NCBI RefSeq assembly: GCF_004010195.1 | Contig: NC_057757.1 | Coordinates: forward strand, 2,123,940-2,187,939 | Length of the DNA: 64,000 nucleotides | Reading direction: 5' to 3' | Origin: Chiloscyllium plagiosum | Lineage: Eukaryota | Shown: positions 11,719-23,423 of the stretch, piece by piece | Position numbering within the stretch: position 1 is the first letter of the stretch | How the letters are laid out: the number at the start of each line of letters is the position of its first letter | Notes under the pieces: model-generated | Told to the model about the DNA's origin: nothing | What the model saw: only the letters and a program-made list of their open reading frames with translations | The model's database searches: none | Translations under genes and position numbers: made by a program

Positions 11719-12080
11719 TACAAAATTATGAGGGGCATAGATAGGATAAATAGATAAAGTCTTTTCCCTGGGCTCGGGGAGTCCAGAACTAGAGGGCATA
11801 GGTTTAGGGTGAGAGGGGAAAAATATAAAAGAGACCTAAGGGGCAACTTTTTCACGCAAAGGGTGATATGTGTATGGAATGAGCTGCCAGACAATGTGGT
11901 GGAGGCTGGTACAATTGCAACATTTAAGAGGCATTTGGATGGGTATATGAATAGGAAGGATTTGGAGGGATACGGGCCGGGTGCTGGCAGGTGGGACTAG
12001 ATTGGGCTGGGATATCTGGTCGGCATAGACAGGTTGGACCGAAGGGTCTGTTTCCATGCTGTACATCTCTATGACTCTAT
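11719..12080 (+). mobile_element. Young CR1 3' fragment, antisense in the APRIL-like 3' UTR
   Basis: RGNFFTQRVICVWNELP ORF2 end and the conserved 3' tail; ends about 7 nt from the APRIL-like stop codon. Confidence 0.85.
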
Positions 12081-12087
12081 GGTTAGG

Positions 12088-12197
12088 TCACACTTTCATC
12101 AATCCCATGAAAGTCGAATCTTTCTCCATGACAATGGTCGCAGAATTCCGAGGAATCACCAGTTCTATGATGTCCCCTTTCTGTAGCTTGTAGATAC
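12088..12197 (-). CDS. TNFSF13: TNFSF13 (APRIL)-like exon 6: GIYKLQKGDIIELVIPRNSATIVMEKDSTFMGLMKV*
   Basis: Acceptor tctccttttgaag|, phase 1, TGA at 12090-12088; TNF-domain C-terminus (LxxGD...IPR...TFxG) as in APRIL and BAFF. Confidence 0.9.
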
Positions 12198-12379
12198 CTT
12201 CAAAAGGAGAATAGAGAAAACAAATTATCTTCAGTATAAAAACAAGATCGATGTATTTTTCTGGGGAATTGCATAAGTGTATGAGGAAGAAGGGATAGTG
12301 GATTATCCTGGAGGAAGAATGAGAAGAGCTCGAGCAGCAAAAATGCTGGCAAGAGCATAGTTTCTTGAACGTGGAGTCA

Positions 12380-12940
12380 CAGGTAGTTAGGGTGATGAAG
12401 AAGGTGTTTAGTATGCTTGCCTTCATTGGTCAATGTATTGAGTTCAGGAGTTGGGATATAATGGTTGCAGCTGTACAGGACATTGGTTAGGCCACTTTTA
12501 GATACTGTGTTTAGTTCTGGTCTCCCTGCTATAGAGAAGATGTTTTTAAGCCTGAATGGATTCAGAAAAGATTTACAAGTATATTGCCACAACTGGAGGG
12601 TTTGAGCTATAGGGAGCGGCGCTGATTAGGTTGGGGCTTTTCTCCCTGGAGCATCGGAGGCTGAGGGGTGACGTTTATAGAGGTTTATAAAATCATGAGG
12701 GGCATGGATGGGGTAAATAGCTAAGGTATTTTGCCCAGGGTAGGGGAGTCCAAAACTAAAGGGCATAGGTTTAAGGTGAGAGAGGAAAGGTTTGAAAGGG
12801 ACCGGTGGGGTGTGCAAAAACATCTGGATGGGCACATGAATTGGGAGGGTTTAGAGGGATATGGGCCAAATGCTGGCAAATGGGACTAGTGGATGAGTTG
12901 GACTGAAGGGTCTGTTTCCGTGCTGTATAACTCTGACTCT
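12380..12940 (+). mobile_element. CR1 LINE 3' fragment
   Basis: Degenerate ORF2 C-terminus and CR1 tail. Confidence 0.75.
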
Positions 12941-14289
12941 AAATGATCTATTTATGCAAATTCTTTGAATATAAAACCTTACTGATAGGAAAAGGAGAAA
13001 TCCATTCAGCCCCATGAACCTTTCTGTCATTCCATGAGAATAATGGCAGATCTGCAGTCAAACTCCATGTACCTGCCATTGTTTTATATCATTTATATGT
13101 ACAGTTAAGAGCACCCTAACAATGTCAGATTTAAAATTAAACTACTGAGCATCAAATTACCATTTCTGAAAAAGGTTTCAATATTCTTCCATACCTTTAC
13201 TGCAGAAGTGTTCCCAAATTTTATGCTGGAAAAGATTATTCTAATTCTAGTTCACTTTTTCCAAGACTAGTCAATCAAGGGAACAGTTTCTCTCTACTGA
13301 TCAAATTTCACTTAAATTCCAAAGAATTGTATTCGAAAGGACACAAACAAATGTGTAATTTCCACGTATGAATAAACTCTTTGCATCCAGGTATCATTCT
13401 GAGGAGTATATTCTACTGATCCTCCCCTTAAGCTTTGCCCAGTATTGATCATGGTGCTCTAGATTTGATCTATAATGCCAATGAGGAAGTGCTACATGTG
13501 AGGATGTAGCACCTTTCAGTTACAATGCCTTGTCTGCCCCTCAGGGTAGGTGTAAAAATTGCTGTGGTTGTATTGTATTTCAAAAGGGAACAGTACAGAC
13601 CTGTTCAATATCTATGCTCAATCCAACCTCGCTATAAAAGTCGATTATCTAGTATTTTGTTACATTTACACTAAGATTTGTAGGGTCTTTCTGTTTGCAT
13701 TTCCAACATTACAATGATGATTGCACTACCAAAAAGGCATTGCATTATTTGTAATGAATTTAATTCCTAGAGGTGGAAGAAGCTATAGAAGTGCAATCTA
13801 TCTTGAAAGTCTAACATCTGAGTAAACAAGTCATTTCAAACAGGGGAGCTGAGTTAAGAGTCATTGTCTTTTGGTGCCTTTACTTATGTTGAAGACAAGT
13901 AATGTATTTGATCAGTTTAATAAAGAAAAATATTTCCTCTGATGGTAGGCAATCCAGAATAGGGGATGGAGGTGATAGAAGCTTAAAATTCAAGCCAGGC
14001 CACTCAGGCAATGTCAGGAAGCAGTTTTTCACTGAGTTGTCCATCTGATAAAAATAATTGATGCTAATGGCTTTTCAAAACTGACATTGATAGACCTCTG
14101 TTTGGCAAGGGGGTTACATGTTACAGAACTAAAGTGGCTAGATGCCGTTACAATGCAGATCAGGCATGATTTCATTGGACAGTCTCAAGGGGCTGAATGG
14201 CCTTACCCGTTCCTTTCTTAATGGATCAACATTTCTATTGTAAGTTACTTTCCAAAATCAAGCAAGCAAGATTGCTTGCAATTATATAG

Positions 14290-15190
14290 GACTTTGGTGA
14301 GGAGCACAGTAGGCAATTAATCTTGCATTAACCAAGCTTGTGTGTGAGGTGGGCCAAAAAAGGTTCACCAGACTGATTCCTGGAATGAAAGAGTTATTGT
14401 ATGAGAAGAGATTCAGTAGAATAGGCCTATATTCACTGGAGCTTGAATGAATAAGATGTGGTCTCACTGAAATGTATAAAGTCCTTAGAGTGCTTGAAGG
14501 TATATGTGAAGAAATTATTTCCCCACCTGGAGAATGTAGAACTGATGGAGAATGCCTTTCAGTAAGGCAATCGTCATTTAGGGTCAAGATGAGAAGAAAT
14601 GTCTTCAGTCAAATAGTTATGAATATTTTAGTTTGGAATTTTCTACTTCAGAGAGCTGTGAGTGCTCAGTCGATAAGTATATTCAGTATTGTGATTGATC
14701 GAACAATACAGCACAGGAACAGGCCCTCCAAGCCTGCGCCAACACATACGAAAATTATCTTCGCTTCGCTTACAAGATCCGTATCCCTCTATTCCCTTCC
14801 TATTCATGTCTTTGTCCAGGTGCTTCTTGAATGCTGCTATTGTGTCTGCTTCCACCACCTCCTCTGGCAATACGTTCCAGGCACTCACCTCCCTTTTGTG
14901 TGAAAGACTTGCCTTGCACATCTCTTTTAAACACCCACCCCCTCCCTGTGTCCCCTAGTAATTGACCTCTCCATCCTGGGAAAAAGAGTGAAAAATATGA
15001 AGCTATCTATGCCATTCACAATCTTATAAATTTCTGTCAGGATGCCTCTCAACTTCCTGCATTCTAGTGACTTCTGGTCACAAAGGTAAATGTGATCTAA
15101 GAAGGGTGGAAGATCACCTGAGATCTTTTTGGATGGTGGAACAGGTTCAAACTGCTGAATGCCCTTCTCCTGATTTTATTACTTATGCTC
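14290..15190 (+). mobile_element. Old CR1 3' fragment with a nested antisense CR1 tail (about 14704-15068)
   Basis: ORF remnants on both strands (REVSAWNVLPEEVVEAD on -). Confidence 0.6.
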
Positions 15191-15269
15191 TTATAATACA
15201 TCAACAACCCTGTCATAAGTATGTATTTGAGTTTTAATAGCTATCACTGTCAATGAGTATGTGCTGAAT

Positions 15270-17258
15270 TGAGTACAAGAGTCAGGATGTCATATTGCGG
15301 CTTTATAAGACTTTGGTTAGGTCACACTTCGAGTATTGTGTTCAATTCTGGTCACCATATTACAGGAACAATGTGGAGGCTTTGAAGAGGGTACAGAAAT
15401 GTTTACCAAGATGCTGCCTGGTTTAGAGGGTATGAGCTATAAGGAGAGGCAAGAAAAACTTGGGTTGTTTTGGATGTGAGTTTGCTTGCTGAGCTGGAAG
15501 ATTCAGTTTCAGACATTTCATCACCATACTAGGTAACATCATCAGTGAGCCTCCGGTGAAGCACTGGTGTTCTGTCCTGCTTTCTATTTATGTGTTTAGG
15601 CTTCCTTGGGTTTGTGATGTCATTTCTGCTTTTTGGTAGATGGGATCCAAATCAATGTGTTTGTTGAGAGTTCTGAATGGAATGCTATGCTTCTAAGAAT
15701 TCTCGTGCATGTCTCTGTTTGGCTTGTCCTAGGATGGATGTGTTGTCCCAGTCGAAGTGGTGTTCTTCCTCATCTGTATTTAAGGATACCAGTGATAGTG
15801 GGTCATGATAGTAGGTTTTTGTGGCAAGTTGATGTTCATGAATCATGGTGGCGAGTTTTCAGCCACTTGGTCCAAAGTAGTATTTATTACAGTCCTTGCA
15901 AGATATTTTGTAGATAATGTGCATTTTGCATGTTCTTTGTATAGGGTCTTTTAAGTTCATTAGCTGCTGTTTAAATGTGTTGGTTGGTTTGTGGGCTACC
16001 ATGATGCCAAGAGGCCTGAGTAGTCTGGTAGTCATTTCCGAGATGTCTTTGATGAAGGGTAAAGTGGTTAGGGTTTCTGAGTGCATTTTGTCTAGGTGTT
16101 TGGGTTTGTTGTTGAGAAATCAGCAGATTGTGTTTATTGGGTACCTGTTCTTCTTGAATATGCTATATAGGTGGTTTTCTTCTGCTGTTCATAGTTCCTT
16201 GGTGCTGCCGTGTGTGGTGCCTCATTGAAATAATGTCCGAATGCGGCTTTGTTTGTGGATGTTGGTATGATTGCTTAAGTAGTTAAGTATTTGATCCATA
16301 TGTGTGGTTTTCCTGCAGACGCTGGTTTGAAGTTCCCCGTTCCTATTGTGACATCTAGGAATGGCAGTTTGTTGTTGTTTTCCTCCTCTTTTTTGAGGAA
16401 GACTGCAAAGACTGTGCAGGAATTTAATAAACATTACTTTGGACAAACAGGTAGAAAACTAGCCACCAGGATTCATGAATGTCAGCTGGCCACAGAAAGA
16501 AATGACCCACTATCACTAGTATCCTTATATACAGATGAAGAAGAATACACTTTGACTGACACAAAACATCCATCCTAGTACAAACCAAACAAAGGCATGC
16601 ATGAGAATTCCTAGAAGCATGGCATTCCATCCAGAACTCTACCAACAAACACATTGATTTGGACCCCATCTACCATCCTCTGAAAAAGGAATCGAAATGA
16701 CATCACCAACCCAAAGAAACCTAAACACATAAATAAAAAGCGGGACAGAACACCAGTGATTTACCTAGTATGGTGATGAAACATCTGAAACTGAACCTTC
16801 CAGCTCAGCAAGCAAACTCACGTCCAGAACCTCAACCTGAGCTACAAATATTTTCAAAACTCGGGTTCTTTTCTCTGGAGCAATGGAGGCTGAGGGGAGA
16901 CTTCATAGAAGTCTATAAAATTATGAGAAACATAGATAGGGTTGAATCTTTTTCTCAGAGTTAAAACGTCTAAAACTAGGGGGCTTATATTTAAGGTGAG
17001 AGGGGGAAAAGTTCAAAGGCGTTGTGCGAGTTTTATACAGAGTGGTAGGAGTCTGGAACGTGCTACTAGAGGTGGTGGTAGTGGCAGAAATGAAAGGGGT
17101 GTTTAAGGGACTTTCAGATAAGCACAGGAATATGCAAGGAATGGAGGCATATGGACCAACAGCAGGCAGGCAGGAAGTATTGGTTTAATTTGGTGTTCTA
17201 TTCGGTACACCATTATGGGCTGAAGGCCTGTTCCTGTGCTGTACAGTTCTGTGTTCCA
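15270..17258 (+). mobile_element. CR1 3' fragment split by a Penelope-like insertion
   Basis: CR1 sequence stops at about 15471 (aaaacttgggttgtttt) and resumes at 16857 (aaaactcgggttcttttctctggag). Confidence 0.75.
15472..16856 (-). mobile_element. Truncated Penelope-like element with an inverted duplicate of its 3' end
   Basis: Minus-strand RT C-terminus (RKTTHMDQILNYLSNH...RTLF) and GIY-YIG-like IIYKISCKDCNKYYFG; inverted copy at about 16408-16856; about 17-bp TSD with 2 mismatches; hammerhead motif at 15509-15548 (-). Confidence 0.85.
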
Positions 17259-17552
17259 ATAGAAGCAATTATGGAACTAAACGTTTAACAGAGGAATCTA
17301 TACACCATCAATATGGAAATTGTCACCTAATTGTTGAATTCTGAGTTTGTTAACACTATAATACTCTGAAGCTCCATTATACAGTGGCCAGTTTGAAATC
17401 ACAGCAGAATGTGAGCCGTGTTAGACAAAGACAGCCATTAATATTCCTGATATAATTTTCCCTCCAACAAACAGGAAATGAAAGAAGATATTATGAACGG
17501 GAATACATCTACTTTGGAATGATGGAGTGCAATAGCAGAAGAGAATACTTAC

Positions 17553-17694
17553 CTGCACTGTAGCAGGTGTTGAAAGGCTGTTCCTCAGGCATATTCTGTG
17601 TGCATCTGAGCAGGGTCTCTTCCTCTTTCTGCCTGTTCTGTTCCTTTCTTTTTACGACATGACCCATGACAAACGTCCGGTCCTTATACAGGAC
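17553..17694 (-). CDS. TNFSF13: TNFSF13-like exon 5: VLYKDRTFVMGHVVKRKEQNRQKEEETLLRCTQNMPEEQPFNTCYSAG
   Basis: cccag| acceptor, G|GTAAGT donor, 142 nt, phase 0 to 1; the TLxRC...NxCYSAG signature of the BAFF/APRIL family. Confidence 0.93.
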
Positions 17695-18384
17695 CTGGGT
17701 ACAGTGTTGAAACGGCTGTCAGTATTGGAGGTATAACAAGCCCTCTCCCCACTGTCCGACCCCATCAGGATCTCTAGTTACCTCCTCAAATGAAGGAATC
17801 ACAGTGCATTCCAGATCACAACAACTTGCTAATATAAATACTTAGGACTGGAGTCCCAGGCTAATGTTCTGGGGAATGTGGGTTTGTTTGAATCTCACCA
17901 TAGCTATATGACTTTTGAATTAGAACTCAAGAAAGGTATAGACTAATGGTGACCCGTGTAACCACTTTCCAGATTCTGTTTAACATGATCTGGGCTACTT
18001 GTGCCCTTTTGGAAAGGAAATCTGCCACCCTAACCTGGTCTGGCATACATGTGACTCCAGATTCTTGGTAATTCAATTGATTCTTAAGTGGAACAATTGG
18101 GGATGGGAAATAAATGCTGGCCAAGTCAGCATCTCATTAACATACTTATTAATTTTGATTCATTTATTCATATGCTAATTTTTTTCTTTCATTCAGTGCT
18201 TCATTCACTTACTCCATTCATTCATTCCATCTCTGTCTCTCGCTCTCGCTCTCATTTCTCCTTTTCCCTCAAACCAAGTCAATATTTAGGGATCAGCTTC
18301 ACCTCAGACAATAAGTTACATCCATCCCTGACCAAAGCACCTGGCTTGAGCCTCTGGCTATTGAAAGTGCAGCCTTCTCCGTAC

Positions 18385-18497
18385 CTGAGTGTAAATAAGA
18401 TAGTAACCATTCCCTTTAATGGCAATTGTACTGTTGTTCTGTTCGAAGGATTGCCCGGTATGTATGATCTTCTGCCAGTGAATAATGGTATTGTCAC
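18385..18497 (-). CDS. TNFSF13: TNFSF13-like exon 4: GDNTIIHWQKIIHTGQSFEQNNSTIAIKGNGYYLIYTQ
   Basis: cttttag| acceptor, CAG|GTACGG donor, 113 nt, phase 1 to 0; TNF W and GxYxIYxQ motifs. Confidence 0.92.
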
Positions 18498-19559
18498 CTA
18501 AAAGAAGCGTCAGGGAAAACACAGAGACAATGCACATTATCATTCTGATAAATATTACCAGCTTTCCTCTCATGAACTCTGTATCTTCTCCTCTTTCTTT
18601 AATTACTTGGATGTCTTCCAGTGCCTTATCCACCCTTCACTGAGAAGCCAAGAAAGCAAATGGTGCAAGGCGATTGAACTGCAGCTGTCGCAGCCTACCT
18701 CAATCATGTCCTTAGCCATTAACTGTGCATCTCCGCTGGGTAACAGGGGCAGCATTGGTCATTCTTCATCAAGAACATTAACTCGAGACCCTTCACCCCA
18801 GACTTGGTCTGCAGTTTTCCAGTTCTGGACTATCACTTGTCCCCCTCTCCAACCAGTAAATCCAACCAACCTCTCTAGCATCAAGGAACATCGGAGCAGG
18901 CCTTTCCAACTTTTCAGTCCTGTTTTACAATTTAATAAGATCTTGGCCGATCTGTATTGTCACTCTACTCATCTCTGTTCTGAAACTCAGCTCCTTACCC
19001 CGCTAAAAATTTCCAATTGACTCTCAACCTTGACAGCATTTTTCAGATTAGAGAGTTACAGTTTTGTTTTCAAGGTTCCTTTAAACAGCATCTTCCAAAC
19101 CCATGACCTCTACCACCTAGAAGGACAAGGGCAGCAGATATGAGAACACACATTCTGCAAGTCATACACCATCCTGACTTGGAAATATATCACTGTCCCT
19201 TCAGTGTTTCTGGGTCAATATCCTGGAACTCCCTCCCTAACAGCACTTTGGGTGTCCCTACACCATACAATGCAATAGTTCAAGAAGGCAGCTCACTACC
19301 ACTTTCTCAAGGTCAGCCAGGGTTAAGCAATAAATGCTGGCCCAGCCAGCAACACCGACATCCTGTTGAAGGATTATCAATAAATGTGCTTCCAAACATC
19401 CCTCCTAAATGGCCTGCCTCTAATTTTAAGTTCTGAATTCTCTCCACCAGATGATTTAGTTTCTCTTTATTGACCCTATTGAACATTTTCATCAAATTCT
19501 ACTAATTATCTGGTTTTAAGCTATCAATCATGGAATATTCTGAAGCTGTTGACCCCACT

Positions 19560-19975
19560 TCTCCCTTACAACTTGAACCCTTCCACCTACCTTGGCCCTA
19601 CTTACCACCCTCCCATTTCTCTGTCCCACTCATCCCTTGCCTCTGCTCTTTCTCTCTTCCTCTCGTTTGTCTCCATCTCCATGTTCTTCCTCATCCTCTC
19701 CACCTTACTCAACCTTTCCATTTCTCCAATTCCCTATTTCTCCCAATCCCTTGCCTCTGTCCTCTCACTTTCTCCCTGTCCCTCTCAATCTCCTTCCTTT
19801 TGTCAATCCCTACAACCACTCCATCCATCTCAACGTCTCTCCCCACCTCCATTCCCATCTCCTCCCAAACCCTCCCCCTCCATCCTCCCCTCCTACATAC
19901 CATCCCCTCCATCCTTTCAAGACATCGAACACTCAATCCCTTCCTAACAACTCCCTCTCAAACCCTGTAACTCCC
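19560..19975. repeat. Pyrimidine-rich (CT) low-complexity tract
   Basis: Strong C/T bias on +; the overlapping P/S/L-rich ORFs are artefacts of this composition. Confidence 0.7.
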
Positions 19976-20114
19976 AAACTCCTGAGTATTCTATGTTTGA
20001 ATACTCAGGAGTTGGAGTTGCTAAGGATGATACAAGGTTCTGGAATTCTGTTCCCTGGGACTAAAGTCTCACATTTTGTTCCTGTCCATTGACAATATCC
20101 CAGCCTTTACTCAC

Positions 20115-20162
20115 CCTCTGATTGATAAGAGGTTGGTGCTAGGTGAATCAATGAGTTTCTTC
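20115..20162 (-). CDS. TNFSF13: TNFSF13-like exon 3: (R)RNSLIHLAPTSYQSE(G)
   Basis: ttccag| acceptor, G|GTGAGT donor, 48 nt, phase 1 to 1; aligns with APRIL QHSVLHLVP. Confidence 0.88.
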
Positions 20163-22336
20163 CTGGAACGAATGAGAACAAGGGTCAGTAACAATGATTA
20201 CAACTCAAACTCCTTCCACAAACCCCATGGCATCACTTACAGATGGGTCAGCAAACCAACCACATGATGAAACTGCATTCAAATCCACTCCATGATCTTG
20301 CTTCTCCCTTATTCCAGCCTGAACATTGCTAAAAAGAGAGACACATTGCAAAAGACTTGCACCTTGCGCTCATCAGGACAAATGCAAGAATGCCAAATTT
20401 TAGACAATCACAACAATGTGTACTGCAGAAGAAAAAGATGCTGATTGATTGGTAAGTTGATTGTGATGTATTGCCAGGAGAAGGCAACAGGAAACTGTGT
20501 GTTTCTTCTTCTCCTATAGTATAAATTGTTGTGATTTTTTAAAATTTAGCAATCTTGCGTTTGTCCTGATGTGAGCAAAACTTTGGTCTTTTCAGCAGTA
20601 ACTCCACCCTCCTCAAAGCCCCGCTCAGAAGGTTCAAGTCTGACTGCAATTATGCAGAACTTTGGTGCAGTCAAACTAGAAGTATTGTGTACAGTTTTGG
20701 TTCTCATACCTAAGGAGGACATAGCAGGAATCTCAAGGAGCTTGATAGTTAATAGGTGGGGTAATGATCTTCCTTACTGAGGAGTCTAGGATATAGTCTC
20801 AAATGGCTGACTTCTTGTGAGCTTGAGGTGAAGAGAAATGTCATCACTAAGAGTGTTGTGAGATTTTATGATTATCTTAGGCGGTTATGAATGAAGAATG
20901 ACAGAGATTAATTGATTTTTTAGGAAACTAACGAAATCGTGGAACAGGATTAGAAATTGAGGTAGAAGTCAACTGTGCTTCTATTGAATGGTGGAGCAAC
21001 CGTGATAAACTGAACAAAATTTTACTCCCATTTCTTATACACAACCCTGTGACATCTCGGGTCACTACGCTCCTCTGACTACTACCTCTTGTCTATTTCC
21101 CTTCCCCTACATTTATAACTCCCACCTTTGCCCCTTTCAGTTGCCTGCACCCTAAACTTTAAAATATTCTTTGTAAATCTCTCTACCTTCCTCTCCCTCC
21201 CTTTTCCTTTAGGACAGTCTTCAAAAACCTCCTTGTTTTCACTGAAAACTTTTGGCTGTCTCTTCTAATACCTCCCTGTGTGGCTCAGTGTTAGATTTTT
21301 ATTTGGAAATTGGAATTGTGAAATGATCGTTGGCAAAATCGTAGGTGCTGTATAAATGCAGATTGCTGTTCTTGTTGAAAGTCAAATGATCAGCCATGAT
21401 CAAGTTGAATACACTGGCCCTTTAAAATTGATATACAATCTCTAAACTGGTACACCACCCCTCAGATTGGGAAATAGCTCCTGAGATTGCTACTTTGAGG
21501 TCAGTCAAAGGACCAAATGGCCTACTCCTGCATTAGAATGTTTCAATAAACATAGGTTGCATCAATCTGTGACTCAACTTCAATGGAAATGGCAGTTTAT
21601 GCCCAGAGGTGAACCTTCTGTCTCAACCTGAGTAAATCCATCTGGGCAGAATTAGTTTGAGGGACAGTTTCCAATATCAGAGGAACTTTTACTGTCAGCA
21701 AGAACATTGATATAAGGCAGAGTGACATATTTACTGATTCAGCACTTTGATTTCTGTCATGAGCTTCACAACCTGAGACATTGCTGCTGCCTCCTCCCCG
21801 CCAGCGCTTTACACCAGACCAAGTGGCTTTTGCAATGTAGTCAATGTGCTAATGTAGGAAATATAGCAGCCAAATTATGCGCAGCAAGCTCCCATGAGTC
21901 TATAATCTGATTTGATGAGATTGTTTGAGGGATGAATATTAGTCTTGAGACACCTAAACCACACCCCTACTCACCCTCCATTTCAGAATAGCAGCCTGGG
22001 GACCATCTGCATTCAAATGAGAGAGAAAGTCTCACTTTAATATCACACACATACTGTGGTCCCTCAGGCCTACACTCCAAGTTTCAGTTGATGCTCTGGG
22101 GAAAGGGACTTGAACCCATACCCCTGAGATTGGCACACTGTCTATGAAATTTGTACACTGCCTCTGAGATCGGTACACTGGCCCTTTAAAATTGATATAC
22201 AATCTCTAAACTGGTACACCACCCCTCAGATTGGGAAATAGCTCCTGAGATTGCTACTTTGAGGTCAGTCAATGTCCAAACCAGGGCTGAAAGGACGGTG
22301 AATGAAACGGAGACCAAATTATCTGCTTATGCTCAC

Positions 22337-22499
22337 TTCTCTGCCTGTGCCTCAGTTTGCTCCCGGAGTCTCGTTCCACACGGAGAGTTTGTCGCTCTGG
22401 TTCCCTGTGGTGGAAATGGGCAGGATGCAGTGGGTCCCAGTGTGGAGTTGCGGGCAAGGTGTTGCTAGGTGACCTCTTGTTACCCAGTGCAGGGGAGAC
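22337..22499 (-). CDS. TNFSF13: TNFSF13-like exon 2 (stalk): VSPALGNKRSPSNTLPATPHWDPLHPAHFHHREPERQTLRVERDSGSKLRHRQR
   Basis: cccacag| acceptor, A|GTGAGC donor, 163 nt open in phase 0 to 1, bridging exons 1 and 3; ends in a basic, furin-type region. Confidence 0.78.
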
Positions 22500-23423
22500 C
22501 TGTGGGTAGAGCCAGGGTCAGAGGGTCATTCCAAAAGAGAAACGCAACTCAACAGACCGAGTTTGGGTCTCAATCTTTGGGAGAGTTAATCTGGAAAATG
22601 CCCAAATTGCACTGCCCCAAAGTGAGAAACTTCTCAAAATGCCACCTCTAATGACATTCCCTCCTCTTTCTGAGCCATTGATTAGTATCTGGGATTGTAC
22701 TTGGTCTAATCAGATCTTACCTCCAAGTCCCACTTTGACTGTAGTGTTAGCTGTGGCCTAGAGTATAGAACCTAAGCAGCAACGTTTTTAGTGCAGAGAC
22801 ATCATGGGACAAACTGCCAGAGGAAGTGGTGGAGGCTGGTACAAAGACAACATTTAAAAGACATTGGATGGGTACATCTATAGGAAGAGTAGAGAGCGAT
22901 ATGTACCAAATGCTAGCAAATGAGAATAGATTAATTTAGGATATCTGGTCAGTGTGGACCGAAGGGTCTGTTTCCATGCTATGAATCTTGCCTCTGACCT
23001 CAAGGTGTCTATGCCAGAGAACATATAATCCCAGCAGACATGCCCCAGTGTGGGAGTGAGCACTGAGGGAGAACCGCATTGTTGGTGATGTTTTTGTTTC
23101 CCATCCCAATTTGCCTCTTGAGCTGAGTGGCTCACTTGGCCATTTCAGAGAGCAGTTAAGAATCAGCTACACTGTTGGATGTCTGGAGTCACATGACGGC
23201 CAGACCAGCTAGGGATGGCAGATTTCCTTCCCCACAGGACATTAGTCAACCAGAAATTATTTATTTTACAAAAATGAACAAGTTTAATTGGGACTGTCAT
23301 TGAGACCAGCTTCCAATAGCAAATTTTATTACTAAAAAATTTCAGAGTGTCAGGATTTGAATCCAGGTTTGCACAGCATTAACCTGAGCCACTGGAGCCC
23401 AGTGATATTACCTTTCTCATTAT

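Noticed and set aside
12198..12426. 5' part of the 112-aa ORF containing APRIL exon 6
   Set aside because: Intronic and partly CR1; the TNF homology starts at the acceptor at 12197
19530..20092. Three long P/S/L-rich ORFs
   Set aside because: Products of a CT-rich low-complexity tract
20241..20328. 88-nt exon-like segment on - with good AG and GTAAGT sites
   Set aside because: It has stop codons in both frames that would fit the gene; exon 22337-22499 fits better. At most a poison exon, with no evidence for use
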